Below, piece after piece: positions 18,347 to 29,775 of a stretch of 50,932 nucleotides of DNA. The number at the start of each line of letters is the position of its first letter. Positions within the stretch are counted from its first letter, which is position 1. The translations under genes were made by a program, and so were the position numbers. Under the pieces are notes generated by a model. The model was not told the DNA's origin. It made no database searches and saw only the letters and a program-made list of their open reading frames with translations. This stretch comes from an uncultured bacterium (GTDB taxonomy: Bacteria; Gemmatimonadota; Gemmatimonadetes; Gemmatimonadales; GWC2-71-9). The stretch spans positions 1 through 50,932 of the forward strand of contig CBFHAJ010000003.1 of the NCBI GenBank assembly GCA_965653495.1, given 5' to 3'.

Positions 18347-20121
18347 ACGCGCTTCCCGACAAACCGGGCGTATACCTCTGGAAGAACGCCGCCGGCGAGA
18401 TCCTGTACGTCGGCAAGGCGAAGAGCCTGCGCTCCCGCGTGCCGAGCTATTTCGGCCCCGACGCCGGCAGCACCCCCGAGCGGGCAGCCCTGGTGAGTCA
18501 GCTGGCGGACGTGGACACGATCATCGTGCCCAGCGAGGCGCAGGCGCTGCTGCTCGAGAACAACCTCATTAAGGAGCACCAGCCCCGGTTCAACATCCGC
18601 CTCACCGACGACAAGAGCTATCCCCGGATCGCCGTGACGCTGGGCGAGCCGTTCCCCCGTGTGCTGGTGACGCGCCGGGTGACGCTTCCCGGCGCGCGCT
18701 ACTTCGGTCCCTACACCGACGTCGCCACGCTGCGCCAGACGCTGCACATCGTGCGTCGCATCTTCACGGTGCGCTCGTGCAACTGGGATCTGCCGCGTGA
18801 AGCGCCCGACCGGCCGTGCCTCGACTATCACATCGAGCGGTGCCGGGCGCCGTGCGTGAGCTATCAGACCGAGGCCGACTACCGGCGCATGATCGACGAT
18901 GTGGTGGTGTTCCTGGAGGGCAAGACCGTCGACGTGCGGCTGCGGCTGCGCGAGCGGATGCAGCAGTCGTCGGAGCAGCTCGATTTCGAGCGCGCCGCGC
19001 AGTTGCGCGACGCGCTGAAATGGCTCGACCAGCTCGAGCAGCCGCAGGCCGTCGAGCTGGTCGGGGGCGGCGATGCGGATGCCGTGGGGCTCGCCCGGGA
19101 CGGTGACGATGTGTGCGGCGTCGTGCTGCGGGTGCGCGCGGGGAAGCTCATCGCACGTGACCACTGGTTCCTTGAAAATACCCAACAGGAGACCGAGAGC
19201 GCGATCCTCGCTGCTTTCCTGGTGCGCTGCTATCTGCCGCTCGAGGTGCGTGCCCGGCACGTACTGCTGCCATTTCACCCTGACGACCTGGGGTCGCTCG
19301 CCGAGCTGGCGCCCGCGGTGGATTGGCACGTGCCGCAGCGGGGCAGCGATGCCAAGCTCGCGCAGCTCGCCGACCAGAACGCGCGGTACCTGCTCGACGG
19401 GCTGAAGATCGAGAGCTTCGACATCGATGAGCGCGCGGCCGACCCCGTGTTCGCCCTGGGGCGCGATTTGGGGCTCGCGGCCGTGCCGCGCTCGTTCGTG
19501 TGCATCGATATCTCGACCAATCAGGGCCGCGACACGGTCGGCTCGCTGGTGTGGTTCGAGGCGGGCCGCCCCCGCAAGGCCGAGTACCGGCGCTTCAAGA
19601 TCACGGGTGCACCGCAGGACGATTTCGCGGCGGTGCACGAGGTGGTCACCCGCTACCTCACGCGCCGGGTCGCCGAGCAGAAGCCGCTCCCGGATCTCGT
19701 GGTGATCGACGGCGGGAAGGGCCAGCTGGGTGCCGCGCTCGACGCCGCCCGGACGTTGCATCTGGAGCGATTGCCGATCGTCAGCCTCGCCAAGCGTGAA
19801 GAGGAAATCTTCCAGCCGGGACGCGCGGAGCCGCTGCGCCTGTCGCGCCGCAGCCCGTCGCTCAAGCTGCTGCAGCGCGCCCGGGACGAGGCGCACCGGT
19901 TTGCGGTGACCTACAGTCGCAAGCGGCGCTCCAAGCGGACCATCACCTCCGAGCTGCTCCAGATTCCGGGGATCGGTCCCGGCCGCCGCCGGGTGCTGCT
20001 CGAGCGCTTCGGGTCGCTGGCGGGCGTGAAGACGGCGACGCCCGCGGAGATCGCCTCGCTCCGCGGGTTCTCGACGCGCCTCGCCGAGCGCATCCTCGAC
20101 CGGCTGAATACCCGTGTCTGA
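18313..20121 (+). CDS. uvrC: Excinuclease ABC subunit C
   Basis: GIY-YIG domain (PGVYLW, YVGKAKSLR), Cys cluster, UVR domain, DGGKGQ, RDEAHRFA and HhH IPGIGP. Confidence 0.96.
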   Translation: MAIPDHLARKLDALPDKPGVYLWKNAAGEILYVGKAKSLRSRVPSYFGPDAGSTPERAALVSQLADVDTIIVPSEAQALLLENNLIKEHQPRFNIRLTDDKSYPRIAVTLGEPFPRVLVTRRVTLPGARYFGPYTDVATLRQTLHIVRRIFTVRSCNWDLPREAPDRPCLDYHIERCRAPCVSYQTEADYRRMIDDVVVFLEGKTVDVRLRLRERMQQSSEQLDFERAAQLRDALKWLDQLEQPQAVELVGGGDADAVGLARDGDDVCGVVLRVRAGKLIARDHWFLENTQQETESAILAAFLVRCYLPLEVRARHVLLPFHPDDLGSLAELAPAVDWHVPQRGSDAKLAQLADQNARYLLDGLKIESFDIDERAADPVFALGRDLGLAAVPRSFVCIDISTNQGRDTVGSLVWFEAGRPRKAEYRRFKITGAPQDDFAAVHEVVTRYLTRRVAEQKPLPDLVVIDGGKGQLGAALDAARTLHLERLPIVSLAKREEEIFQPGRAEPLRLSRRSPSLKLLQRARDEAHRFAVTYSRKRRSKRTITSELLQIPGIGPGRRRVLLERFGSLAGVKTATPAEIASLRGFSTRLAERILDRLNTRV

Positions 20122-21268
20122 CTCCTTCGGCTGGTCGCTCGAATGTTCGGCGTGCCATCGCCCGCGCAGCGCCGAGGGCCTGGTGGGCGTGTGCGAGTGC
20201 GGCCAGCCGTTTCTGGTGCGGTATCACGCGGCGCCGCCCCCGCACATGAAGTCGTTGCTCAGCGAGCGCGGGTGGACGATGTGGCGGTATCGTGAGTGGC
20301 TGCCCCTCACCGACGGCGAGGCGCCGCTGACGCTGGGAGAGGGAGGTACGCCGCTACTTGCCGTCCCGCGTCTGGCTGCGAAGTACGGACTGCCCCGCTT
20401 GCGGGTGAAAGACGAGGGTGTCAACCCCACCGGGTCGTTCAAGGCGCGCGGGCTCGCCGCTGCCGTGACGCGCGCGGCGCGCGCTGGCGCCACGGCGTTC
20501 GTGGTCCCCACCGCCGGCAACGCCGGCGTGGCGCTCGCCGCCTACGCGGCGCGTGCTGGCGTGCCCGCCCGGGTGTACGCGCCCGCGGGCACGCCCGCGA
20601 CCATTCTCTCGCAGATCCGGAGCTACGGCGCGGACCTGGTCCTGATCGAAGGGCATATCGGCGACTGCGGCGCGGCCGCCCGCGCGTACGCCGCGGAGAC
20701 GGGCGCGGTGGACGTCTCCACGCTGCGCGAGCCCTATCGCATCGAGGGGAAGAAGACCCTCGGCCTCGAGCTGGCGGAGCAACTGGGCTGGTTGCTCCCC
20801 GACGTGCTCGTCTATCCCACGGGGGGCGGCACCGGCCTGATCGGCATGTGGAAGGCCTTCGACGAGCTCGTTCGCGCCGGGTGGGTGCATGGCGGCCAGC
20901 CGCGCTTCTACAGCGTTCAGGCCGACGGGTGCGCGCCGGTCGTGCAGGCATTCGAGCAGGGAGCGGAGCGGTGCGCGCCCTGGCCCGAGCCGCGCACGAT
21001 CGCGGCGGGGCTGCGCGTGCCCGGTCCGCTGGGCGATCGGCTCATGTTGCGCGCGCTGCGGGAGAGTGGGGGTGGCGCGGTGGCCGTGAATGACACGCAG
21101 CTCGCTGCAGCGGCGCGAGACCTCCAAGAGCTCGAGGGCATCGATGCCTGTCCCGAGGGCGGCGCGGCGCTGGCGGGAGCACTGGCGCTGGCGGCCCAAG
21201 GCCTGATCCAGCCGAGCGAGCAGGTAGTGGTATTCAACACCGGTGCCGGGTGGCTGTACCGATCCTAA
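20114..21268 (+). CDS. thrC: Threonine synthase (PLP fold type II)
   Basis: N-terminal CxxC...CxC, TLGEGGTPL, NPTGSFKARG, TAGNAG, EPYRIEGKKT and YPTGGGTG. Exact substrate is inferred. Confidence 0.85.
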   Translation: MSDSFGWSLECSACHRPRSAEGLVGVCECGQPFLVRYHAAPPPHMKSLLSERGWTMWRYREWLPLTDGEAPLTLGEGGTPLLAVPRLAAKYGLPRLRVKDEGVNPTGSFKARGLAAAVTRAARAGATAFVVPTAGNAGVALAAYAARAGVPARVYAPAGTPATILSQIRSYGADLVLIEGHIGDCGAAARAYAAETGAVDVSTLREPYRIEGKKTLGLELAEQLGWLLPDVLVYPTGGGTGLIGMWKAFDELVRAGWVHGGQPRFYSVQADGCAPVVQAFEQGAERCAPWPEPRTIAAGLRVPGPLGDRLMLRALRESGGGAVAVNDTQLAAAARDLQELEGIDACPEGGAALAGALALAAQGLIQPSEQVVVFNTGAGWLYRS

Positions 21269-21297
21269 CCCGTTAATTTTCAGACGTTTCGGACGCT

Positions 21298-22482
21298 ATG
21301 CGACTCGCGATTCTCGATCCCGCCGCCGGCATTTCGGGCGACATGACCCTGGGAGCCCTGTTGTCTCTCGGCGTGCCGCAGGCATGGCTCGAGGGTCTGC
21401 CGGGCCGATTGGGATTGGCGGGCGTCCGTGTCACGGTTCGCGACGTCGTACGGTGCGGCGTGGTGTGCAAGCAGATCGAGTTCGCCATTCCGGAGCAGCC
21501 GCATGGGCGGCACGTGGGTGAGCTGGTCGCATTGGTCGAGCGAGCGCCGCTGTCGGCGTGGGTGAAGGAGCGCGCCGTCCGGGCGTTCCGACTGGTGGGT
21601 GAAGCCGAGGGCCGGGTCCACAACGTCGCGCCCGAAAAGGTGCACTTGCACGAGGTCGGGGCCGTCGACGCGGTGCTCGACATCGTCGGCGCGATCGAAG
21701 GGTTCGAGCAGCTCGGAGTGGACGCGGTATTCAGCTGGCCGGTCGCGGTCGGCAGGGGTTGGGTAGAAGCGGCGCATGGAAACCTGCCCGTACCGGCGCC
21801 CGCCACGGCGATCCTGCTCGAAGGGGTCGACGTGGCTGCCGCCGGTCCCGTTGAGGGAGAGGCGACCACACCCACGGGGGCGGCGCTGGTCCGGGTTCTG
21901 GCGCACGGCAGACCACCGCCACAGTGGCGCCTGTTGCGGAGCGGATGGGGAGCGGGTCAGAGAAATCCCGCTGGTTACCCCAACGCCCTGCGCATTCTGG
22001 TCGCCGAGGCGGCGGCGGAAGCGGGCCGGGTGACGCTCGTGGCGAGCGATCTGGATGATATGAGCCCGGAATATGTCGAGCCGTTGCGCCAGGCCCTGAT
22101 GGCCGCTGGAGCTTTGGACGTGCAGACCTGGCCCGTGCAGATGAAAAAGGGGCGCTCCGGATTTCGTGTCGAGGTGATGGCGCCCGAAGACGCGGGCGAC
22201 GCGGTGACGGCGGCGCTGTTTCGGCACAGCACGACCGCCGGGGTGCGTCGCTGGAGTGCGGAGCGGGCGACCCTGGACCGCCGGCACGTGACGGTCGCCC
22301 TGGGCCCGGAGGTGTCGGTGCGGGTGAAGGTGCTGGAGCACCCGGGCGCCGATGGCGTGCGCGTCAAACCGGAGTATGACGATGTTCTCGCGGCCGCCCG
22401 CGTGCTGGGCCGGCCGCCGTTGGAGGTCGCCCGGCTCGCCCAGCGCGACGCCGAGGCGCTCGTCGCCAAATCCAAGGAGTGA
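21298..22482 (+). CDS. larC: LarC-family nickel insertion protein
   Basis: AGISGDMTLGAL, AEGRVH, VHLHEVGAVDA, AHGNLPVPAPAT, TTPTGAAL, MKKGRSG and KPEYDD. Confidence 0.92.
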   Translation: MRLAILDPAAGISGDMTLGALLSLGVPQAWLEGLPGRLGLAGVRVTVRDVVRCGVVCKQIEFAIPEQPHGRHVGELVALVERAPLSAWVKERAVRAFRLVGEAEGRVHNVAPEKVHLHEVGAVDAVLDIVGAIEGFEQLGVDAVFSWPVAVGRGWVEAAHGNLPVPAPATAILLEGVDVAAAGPVEGEATTPTGAALVRVLAHGRPPPQWRLLRSGWGAGQRNPAGYPNALRILVAEAAAEAGRVTLVASDLDDMSPEYVEPLRQALMAAGALDVQTWPVQMKKGRSGFRVEVMAPEDAGDAVTAALFRHSTTAGVRRWSAERATLDRRHVTVALGPEVSVRVKVLEHPGADGVRVKPEYDDVLAAARVLGRPPLEVARLAQRDAEALVAKSKE

Positions 22483-23996
22483 GCATGACCTTCCGGCCGT
22501 CGTTCGGCATTCCCGTTTGCACACTGGTCGCCCTACTCGTGCCCACGCTCACGCAGGCTCAACAGCCGTGGCTCCCCGCCGCGTGCGACATCAAGCCGGG
22601 CAACCAGCTCGTCAACAGCGGGATGCAGTCCCTCAGGAGTGCCTGGGGCACGAAATTCTCGGATCAGCGCACCAAGGACTTGAAGGACGCGGAGAAATCC
22701 CTGACGCAGGCTGTGACCACCGGCAATCAGGAGAAGAACGCCGCCGCCTGGTATTACTTCGGGCGCTACTACATGATGACAGACGACTACGCCGGGATCG
22801 ATTCGGCGTTCGCGAAGGCCCAGGCACTCGCGCCCACCTGCAAGGACGACATCGCCTTGTATCGCCGCCAGGCGTGGGTGCCCGTGTTCAACGCCGGCGT
22901 GCAGGCGTGGCAGTCGGGCAACACCGATTCGGCGATCGCCAGCTTCCGGCGCGCGAATCAGATCTACAACACGGAGCCGATGGGGTTCATCTACATCGCG
23001 AACCTGTTTGTCGGCGCGGACCAGCCGGACTCGGCGGCAAAGTACTTCCGTCTCGCCGTCCCGGCGGCGTCCGATCCCAAATACGCGAGGGACCGGCGCG
23101 ACGCCCTGTTCAACGTCGCGCGTGTCTATCATTCAGCCAAACGGTGGGACGAGGCGGCGGCTGCCTACCACGAGTACCTCGCGGCCTATCCCAACGACGT
23201 GGGAGGCATGGCGAGCCTCGCCACCCTGTACATGCGGGCCGGCAAGAACGATTCGGCGATGGCCCTGTACAAGACCGTCGTAGACCACGCCGATTCGGCG
23301 AGCGCCGAGGAGCTGTTCAGCGCAGCCTCAGGAATCCTGGGCGGCGTCCCGCAGACGCCCGACACCGCCGAGATGGATACCAATTGCTCGAAGGCGGCGA
23401 AACGGAAGACCCCGGCGCTCACAGCCCGCCAGATTTCCGCCCGCTGCCGGCCCGCGGCGGTGGACACGATGAGCAAGTTTCACGCGGTGGCGGATCCGCA
23501 ATACAAATTGTCGGTCCAGATGTACGAGGCCGGCCTCGCCAAGAACCCGTACCAGCGCGATGCCCTGTACAATCTCGCGGGTATTTCCTACATGATCGGC
23601 GACACCGGCAAGGTGCTGCCGCTGGCGCAACGGCTCTACGCCGTGGACCCGATGAACCGGCTGACCCTCGCCAAGATCGCCGGCGGCTGGCAGCTCCTGG
23701 GCAAGAAGGACTCCGTTCTGCATTACCTGCAGGTGGCCGACTCGCTGCCGGTGGAGATCAGCGTCTCGAATTTCACCACGAACGACAAGGGCGCCGAGCT
23801 CGACGGGCTCGCGACCAACCTCAAGACGACGAAATCGGATTCGCTCAAGGTCACCTTCGAGTTTCTCGATGGAAAGGGAAGTGTCCTCGCCACACAGCCT
23901 GAAGTACTGCCGGCGCTCGACCCGAACGCGAACCAGCAGTTCAAGGTGACGGCCTCGCAGCCGGGGATCGTGGCCTGGCGATACAAACGCTCGTGA
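22479..23996 (+). CDS. Exported tetratricopeptide-repeat protein with C-terminal FxLYD-like beta domain
   Basis: Signal peptide (TQA|Q), TPR-like helices (AAAWYYFG, DALFNVA, DALYNLA) and a C-terminal beta region (KVTFEFLDGKG). Confidence 0.75.
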   Translation: MSMTFRPSFGIPVCTLVALLVPTLTQAQQPWLPAACDIKPGNQLVNSGMQSLRSAWGTKFSDQRTKDLKDAEKSLTQAVTTGNQEKNAAAWYYFGRYYMMTDDYAGIDSAFAKAQALAPTCKDDIALYRRQAWVPVFNAGVQAWQSGNTDSAIASFRRANQIYNTEPMGFIYIANLFVGADQPDSAAKYFRLAVPAASDPKYARDRRDALFNVARVYHSAKRWDEAAAAYHEYLAAYPNDVGGMASLATLYMRAGKNDSAMALYKTVVDHADSASAEELFSAASGILGGVPQTPDTAEMDTNCSKAAKRKTPALTARQISARCRPAAVDTMSKFHAVADPQYKLSVQMYEAGLAKNPYQRDALYNLAGISYMIGDTGKVLPLAQRLYAVDPMNRLTLAKIAGGWQLLGKKDSVLHYLQVADSLPVEISVSNFTTNDKGAELDGLATNLKTTKSDSLKVTFEFLDGKGSVLATQPEVLPALDPNANQQFKVTASQPGIVAWRYKRS

Positions 23997-24003
23997 GCCG
24001 CGC

Positions 24004-26175
24004 TTAGCGCTGATCCGTCACGGTCACCGTGCGATTCAGCCGGAGGTCGGCCGACGAGGCGCCGACCTCCACCACCACGGGCCCGTTTTCCACGGCCCAG
24101 CGGTGGGCGCCCGCATCCCAGTAGCGGAGCGCGGACGCCGCCAGCGGAAACGTTACGGTGCGCGTCTCACCAGGCCCGAGCGGTACTCGCCGGAAGCCAC
24201 GCAGGTCCCGCTTGGGGCGCGCGACAGCGGACGCCGGAAACCGCACGTACAGCTGCACCACTTCGTCCCCCGCGCGGCCGCCCGTGTTCGTGACGTCCAC
24301 CGACACAGAGAGGGCATCCGCGCCCCGGAGAGTGTCGCTGCTGAGCCGAAGGTGATCATAGCGGAAGGTCGTGTAGCTCAAGCCAAACCCGAACGGATAC
24401 AGCGGCCGACCCCCGAAGAAGCGGTACGTCCGCCCGGCCATGCGATAGTCGTCGAATGCCGGCAGGTCGGCGACGTCGCGATAGAACGTGACCGGCAGGC
24501 GGCCCCCGGGATTGTAGGTGCCGAACAAGACGTCGGCGATCGCCGTACCTCCCGCCTGGCCGGGATACCACGCCTCGAGGATCGCCGGCACGTGCACCTG
24601 GGCCCAAGTCACCGCCACGGCGCTGCCGCTCAGGAGGACGAGGACGGTGGGCTTCCCCAGGCCGGCGATGCGCTCCAGCAGGTGCTCCTGCGGCGCGGGA
24701 AGGTCGAGCCGCGTGCGGTCCCCGCTCGCGAACCCGGGGATCTTCACGGACATCTCTTCTCCCTCCAGCCGGGCGGTCAGGCCGAGGCAGAGGACGACGG
24801 CGTCCGCCTGCCGGGCAACGTCGGCCGCCTCCGCTTCCAGGGCTGCGGCATGGGCATCATCTGTGAGATCTGAGCCGAGCGCGTAGAGCACGCGCGTGTG
24901 TCCCCCGACCGCTTCGCGGATGCCGTGCAGCGGGGTGATCGAGTCCGAGGGACTGCCATTGTAATTACCGAGCAGCATGGCCGGCTGGTCGGCGTTCGGT
25001 CCAATCACGGCGATCGTCCCCAGGTCGCGCCGCAGCGGGAGCACGTGGTTCGCATTCTTGAGCAGCACGATTGATTCACGCGCTGCCTGAAGCGCCAGCG
25101 CGCGGTGGGACGGCTGGTCGAGCACGCTGATCGGGATCCTCGCCCAGCGCACCGAATCGGGCGGATCGAACATGCCGAGCCGGAACCGCGCGACGAACAA
25201 TCGCGTGACGGCGCTGTCGATGGCTGCTTCGCTGATCAATCCCTGGTGCACCGCCTCCACGAGGTTGGTGTAGGTCCGGCCGCACTCCAGATCGGTTCCC
25301 GTGTGAACGCCCAGGGCCGCCGCGGCGGCGGCGGTCGCAACGACGTGATGGCGCTGGTAGATATCGTCGATGGCGCCGCAATCGGACACCACGTAGCCGG
25401 GGAATCGCCACTCGCTCCGCAGAATGTCTTTCAGGAGGAGCGCGCTGCCGCAGGCCGGGGATCCGAACACTCGGTTGTACGCGCACATGAGCGAGTAGGC
25501 ACCACCCTCGCGGATGCCGGCTTCGAAGTGAGGGAGATAGCTCTCACGCAGGTCTCGTTCGGGCACCACGGCGTCGAACGTGTGGCGCAGCGGCTCGGGG
25601 CCGGAGTGCACGGCGAAGTGCTTCACCGTGGCGATCGTCTTCAAGTAGCGGGGATCGTCGCCCTGCAGGCCCCGGATGAACTGCACGGCCAGGCGGCCGG
25701 TGAGGAAGGGGTCTTCGCCATAGGTCTCCTGGCCGCGGCCCCAGCGGGGGTCGCGGAACAGGTTGATGTTGGGGGACCACACCGTCAGGCCCTGGTAGCG
25801 CTGGTGCTCGCCGCGCCGCAGGTACTCCTCGTGCTTCGCGCGGAATTCGTCGGAGATGACGGTCGCCATGCGGAACACGAGGCTGTCGTCCCATGTCGCG
25901 GCGAAGCCGATCGCCTGCGGGAACGACGTCGCGAGGCCGGAGCGGGCGACGCCATGCAGGCCCTCGTTCCACCAGTTGTACTCCGGGATGCCCAGGCGTT
26001 CGATCGCCGGCGCCGCGTCCATCATCTGGGAGACTTTTTCTTCGAGAGTCATGCGCGCGACCAGGTCCGCGGCGCGCCGCTCGAATGGCAGGGACAGGTC
26101 CTGCCAGGCCGGAGTTTGCGCCGCGGCCGCGCGCCCCAGCACCCCCGTTACCAGGACGACTAGTGATGCACGCAT
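24004..26175 (-). CDS. Exported glycoside hydrolase family 3 (beta-xylosidase/beta-glucosidase)
   Basis: ATG 26175 follows an AAAGGA SD and starts a signal peptide. [44 protein letters not shown] nucleophile, YPFGFGLSY and an Fn3-like C-terminus. Confidence 0.92.
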   Translation of the reverse strand: MRASLVVLVTGVLGRAAAAQTPAWQDLSLPFERRAADLVARMTLEEKVSQMMDAAPAIERLGIPEYNWWNEGLHGVARSGLATSFPQAIGFAATWDDSLVFRMATVISDEFRAKHEEYLRRGEHQRYQGLTVWSPNINLFRDPRWGRGQETYGEDPFLTGRLAVQFIRGLQGDDPRYLKTIATVKHFAVHSGPEPLRHTFDAVVPERDLRESYLPHFEAGIREGGAYSLMCAYNRVFGSPACGSALLLKDILRSEWRFPGYVVSDCGAIDDIYQRHHVVATAAAAAALGVHTGTDLECGRTYTNLVEAVHQGLISEAAIDSAVTRLFVARFRLGMFDPPDSVRWARIPISVLDQPSHRALALQAARESIVLLKNANHVLPLRRDLGTIAVIGPNADQPAMLLGNYNGSPSDSITPLHGIREAVGGHTRVLYALGSDLTDDAHAAALEAEAADVARQADAVVLCLGLTARLEGEEMSVKIPGFASGDRTRLDLPAPQEHLLERIAGLGKPTVLVLLSGSAVAVTWAQVHVPAILEAWYPGQAGGTAIADVLFGTYNPGGRLPVTFYRDVADLPAFDDYRMAGRTYRFFGGRPLYPFGFGLSYTTFRYDHLRLSSDTLRGADALSVSVDVTNTGGRAGDEVVQLYVRFPASAVARPKRDLRGFRRVPLGPGETRTVTFPLAASALRYWDAGAHRWAVENGPVVVEVGASSADLRLNRTVTVTDQR

Positions 26176-26260
26176 CGGGACTATCCTTTCCATCGAGCCG
26201 CGGGCAACTTGTGCGCGAGTGTCAGGAACGGCAATCCCTGTACCTTCAAGCGAGGGCTGC

Positions 26261-27424
26261 ATGAAGGACGACTACACGCCGCGCGCCGAGCATCACTTCA
26301 CCTTCGGGCTCTGGACCGTGGGGAACGTCGGGCGAGACCCGTTCGGGGAGCCCGTACGGCCGGTGCTGGACCCGTGCCGGGCGGTCGAGCGGCTGGCGGA
26401 GCTCGGGGCTTACGGTGTCAACCTGCACGACAACGATCTCGTCCCGGCCGGCGCAACGGCGAGTGAGCGCGACCGCATCGTGAAGCAGTTCCAGGCGGCG
26501 CTCAAGGCGAGCGGGATGAAGGTCCCGATGGCGACGACCAACCTGTTCTCCGATGCCGTGTTCCGGGACGGTGCGTTCACCAGCAGCGACGCCCGCGTGC
26601 GCCGCTACGCGGTCCGAAAAACCATGGCCGCCATCGATCTGGCGGTCGAGCTGGGCGCGACCACCTACGTGATGTGGGGCGGGCGCGAAGGCGTGGAAAC
26701 CAACGCGGCCAAGGACTCCCGCACGGCGTTGGGCTGGTATCGCGAGGCGGTCAACTTCCTGTGCGACTACGTCCGTGCGCAACACTACGACCTGCGGTTC
26801 GCCCTCGAGGCCAAGCCGAACGAGCCACGCGGTGACATGTTCCTGCCCACGACAGGGCACATGCTCGCGTTCATCGCGACGCTGGAGCACCCCGAGATGG
26901 TGGGTGTGAATCCCGAGGTCGCCCACGAGCGGATGGCCGGGCTCGACTTCTCGCACGGCGTGGCGCAGGCGCTCGACGCCGGCAAGCTGTTTCACATCGA
27001 CTTGAACGATCAGAAGCCCGGCCGCTTCGATCAGGACCTGCGGTTCGGGAGCGACGACCCCAAAGGCGCGTTCTTCCTGGTCAAGCTGCTGGAAGACGCG
27101 CGCTGGCCCGGCATGCGCCACTTCGACAGTCACGCCTACCGGACAGAGGATGACGCTGGCGTGTGGGCTTTCGCGGCGGGGAGCATGCGCACCTATCTCA
27201 TCCTGAAGGCAAAGGTGGAGCACTTCAACCGCGATTCCGAGATCCAGCAGCTGCTCGGCGAGCTGCGCTCGCGGGGCGGAGAAGGGGAGCAACTGAGGTT
27301 CAGCGCGGATCGGGCCAGCGCCCTGCAGCAGGAGTCGATCGACCTCGCGGCCCTGCGGGCGCGGGGGTACGCCTACGAACGCCTCGATCAGCTGACCTTG
27401 GAGCTACTGCTGGGCGTGCGGTGA
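26261..27424 (+). CDS. xylA: Xylose isomerase (short, class I type)
   Basis: [50 protein letters not shown] and DQDLRFG; 387 aa from ATG 26261. Confidence 0.95.
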   Translation: MKDDYTPRAEHHFTFGLWTVGNVGRDPFGEPVRPVLDPCRAVERLAELGAYGVNLHDNDLVPAGATASERDRIVKQFQAALKASGMKVPMATTNLFSDAVFRDGAFTSSDARVRRYAVRKTMAAIDLAVELGATTYVMWGGREGVETNAAKDSRTALGWYREAVNFLCDYVRAQHYDLRFALEAKPNEPRGDMFLPTTGHMLAFIATLEHPEMVGVNPEVAHERMAGLDFSHGVAQALDAGKLFHIDLNDQKPGRFDQDLRFGSDDPKGAFFLVKLLEDARWPGMRHFDSHAYRTEDDAGVWAFAAGSMRTYLILKAKVEHFNRDSEIQQLLGELRSRGGEGEQLRFSADRASALQQESIDLAALRARGYAYERLDQLTLELLLGVR

Positions 27425-28923
27425 GTTCGCGCGAGCTGTTCCTCGGCCTCGACGTGGGGACGAGCGGCGTGAAGGCGCTGCTCGTCGATGCCGCGGGCGA
27501 TCTGGTCGCCTCGGCCACGACGCCGCTCACGCTGCGAACCCCACACCCGGGCTGGGCCGAACAGGACCCCGAGAGCTGGTGGGAGGCGTGCCTCGCGGCG
27601 ACGCGGCAGGTACTGGAGCCCGCAACGCGCGTCGCCGCCGTGGGGATCTCGGGACAGATGCATTCGTCGGTATTCCTGGACCGGAACGGCGTCGTCACCC
27701 ATCCCGCCCTGCTGTGGTGCGACGGTCGGACTACCCTTGAGTGCCGGGAGATCACCGAGCGGGCCGGGGGCGAAGCGCGCTTGCGCGACTGGGTCTCGAA
27801 CCCGGCACTCGAGGGATTCACGTTGCCGAAGGTGCTCTGGCTGCGACGCCACGCACCGGCGGCTTTCGCGCGGACGGCCGCCGTGCTGCTCCCGAAAGAC
27901 TTCGTGCGCCTGCGTCTGACGGGCACGCTCGCCACCGAGCCCTCCGATGCCTCGGGCACGCTGATGTACGATCCCGCTCATCGGCGCTGGAGTCGCGAGA
28001 TCATGGACGCCGTGGGGTTACCGGTCTCGCTGCTCCCCGATGTCGGTGAGTCAGCCGAGGTGCTCGGCCGTGTCACGCCTCACGGTGCGGCGCTCAGCGG
28101 CATCGCGGCGGGGACCCCGGTGGTGGGCGGGGGAGCGGACAATGCGTGCGGAGCGGCGGGTGTCGGCGCGATCGCGCCCGGCGACGCGGTCACGAGCTGG
28201 GGAACGTCCGGCACGCTGCTCACTCCGACTGCGCAGCCGTTCGTCGACCCCGGTCTGCGCGCCCACACCTTCTGCCACGTCGGCCCGGGCATCTGGTACC
28301 TGATGGGCGTCGTGCTCTCGGCGGGCGGCGCGTTCGCGTGGTACCGCGACCGGTTTGCCCGCGACCTGGCCGATCGCGACGACGGCGACGAACGCCTGAC
28401 CAACGAAGCCGCAGGCGTCCCCGCAGGAGCAGCGGGTGCGACATTCCTCCCGTACCTCCAGGGCGAGCGCACGCCGCATCGGGACGCGACTCTGCGAGGG
28501 GCGTTCCTCGGTCTCAGCCTGGCCCACTCGCGGGCGCACCTCACGCGAGCCGTGCTCGAGGGCGTGGCGTTCGCGCTGAGGGATTCGCTGTCCATTCTGG
28601 AACAATTGGGGTTGTCGCCCGAGTCGCTGCTGTTCACGGGGGGAGGCGCGCGCAGCCCGTTCGTCCGGCAGCTGCTGGCGGACGTCTTCGGTCTTCCCGT
28701 GACCACGGTGAACCGCGAGGAGGGGCCCGCGTACGGCGCGGCGCTCCTGGCCGCAGTCGGGGCGGGGGCGTTTTCCAGCCTCGCAGACGCGGCCCGCCGC
28801 ACGCTCGTGCGGGCGCCGCTGCTCGCGCCCGATCCGGCCGCCCACGCCGAGTACCAGCGCCTGTACGCGCGGTTTCGCGGGAGTCTCGCCGCGGGGCGTC
28901 CCGTGGCGGGCCAGCCGCATTGA
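27421..28923 (+). CDS. xylB: Xylulokinase
   Basis: [42 protein letters not shown] and PYLQGERTP; coupled to xylA. Confidence 0.93.
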   Translation: MSSRELFLGLDVGTSGVKALLVDAAGDLVASATTPLTLRTPHPGWAEQDPESWWEACLAATRQVLEPATRVAAVGISGQMHSSVFLDRNGVVTHPALLWCDGRTTLECREITERAGGEARLRDWVSNPALEGFTLPKVLWLRRHAPAAFARTAAVLLPKDFVRLRLTGTLATEPSDASGTLMYDPAHRRWSREIMDAVGLPVSLLPDVGESAEVLGRVTPHGAALSGIAAGTPVVGGGADNACGAAGVGAIAPGDAVTSWGTSGTLLTPTAQPFVDPGLRAHTFCHVGPGIWYLMGVVLSAGGAFAWYRDRFARDLADRDDGDERLTNEAAGVPAGAAGATFLPYLQGERTPHRDATLRGAFLGLSLAHSRAHLTRAVLEGVAFALRDSLSILEQLGLSPESLLFTGGGARSPFVRQLLADVFGLPVTTVNREEGPAYGAALLAAVGAGAFSSLADAARRTLVRAPLLAPDPAAHAEYQRLYARFRGSLAAGRPVAGQPH

Positions 28924-29130
28924 AGGGCTGCGGAACGGTGCAACAGCAGCCCCATTGTTGTGCTTGGGGTGGGGCGGTCAGGCCGGTTAGAGCAGGGCCT
29001 TCGCGGACCGGCACACCTATTGCTTCTGGGAATGCCGGCCGCGCAGTACCGGCGTGGGCTGGATGCCGCTAAGTTTTGATGCGGTTGGAGAATGTTCCGG
29101 CTCGCTGTCACCGATCGTGCGGTAAGTCAC

Positions 29131-29202
<72 letters not shown>

Positions 29203-29211
29203 CTGAGCCTT

Positions 29212-29592
29212 ATGATGCCTGCCACCCCTCCCTCCCGAGACGTCGAAACCACGCGGCGAACTGTCCGAGTCCTGGCGCTCACGCTGCTCGTGGCGGCCTG
29301 CAGTAGAGCGGCGAACTCGGCTTCGCCCGCGCCGGAGGCGCCGACCACGGTCAAAGTGGTGAACAACGACGTTGCCGACATGAGCGTTTTCGTGTTGAGC
29401 AGCGGCCAACAGATCCGACTGGGAATCGTCATGGGCGGGCACACCGAGGTGTTTACCATCCCCGCCGCGATCGTCCACTTCTCGACGCAACTGCAATTTG
29501 AGATGCGACCGATCACGACCGGAGGTCGTTCGCGTACCCAGACGACTACGGTAAGTCCGGGAGAGCAGGTCAGACTGATGATTCTGCCGTGA
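29212..29592 (+). CDS. Small putative lipoprotein (beta-rich)
   Basis: Lipobox-like LLVAAC followed by a beta-strand-rich domain (VKVVNN...VFVL...IRLGIV). Start uncertain. Confidence 0.7.
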   Translation: MMPATPPSRDVETTRRTVRVLALTLLVAACSRAANSASPAPEAPTTVKVVNNDVADMSVFVLSSGQQIRLGIVMGGHTEVFTIPAAIVHFSTQLQFEMRPITTGGRSRTQTTTVSPGEQVRLMILP

Positions 29593-29775
29593 AGCCGTGC
29601 GGTGCTCCCACGCAACATTGTCGTAGTAAACTGGTGACGAATAGGGGGGCTTGAGATCGGCCCTCGGGGACAGCACGCTCCTTGTGCAGCGTCGGCCTCC
29701 GCCCGAGCACTGGCTCGCGTGCCATACCTACCTGTACGCTGCCGTCGCCCGCGCCGCCACGGTGCACGGCGCGGG

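Noticed and set aside
28924-29130. Possible ncRNA or riboswitch in intergenic gaps (also 29593-29775 and 31237-31388)
   Set aside because: Only short GC-rich hairpins are present, with no family consensus I can recognise; an Rfam/Infernal scan would be needed.
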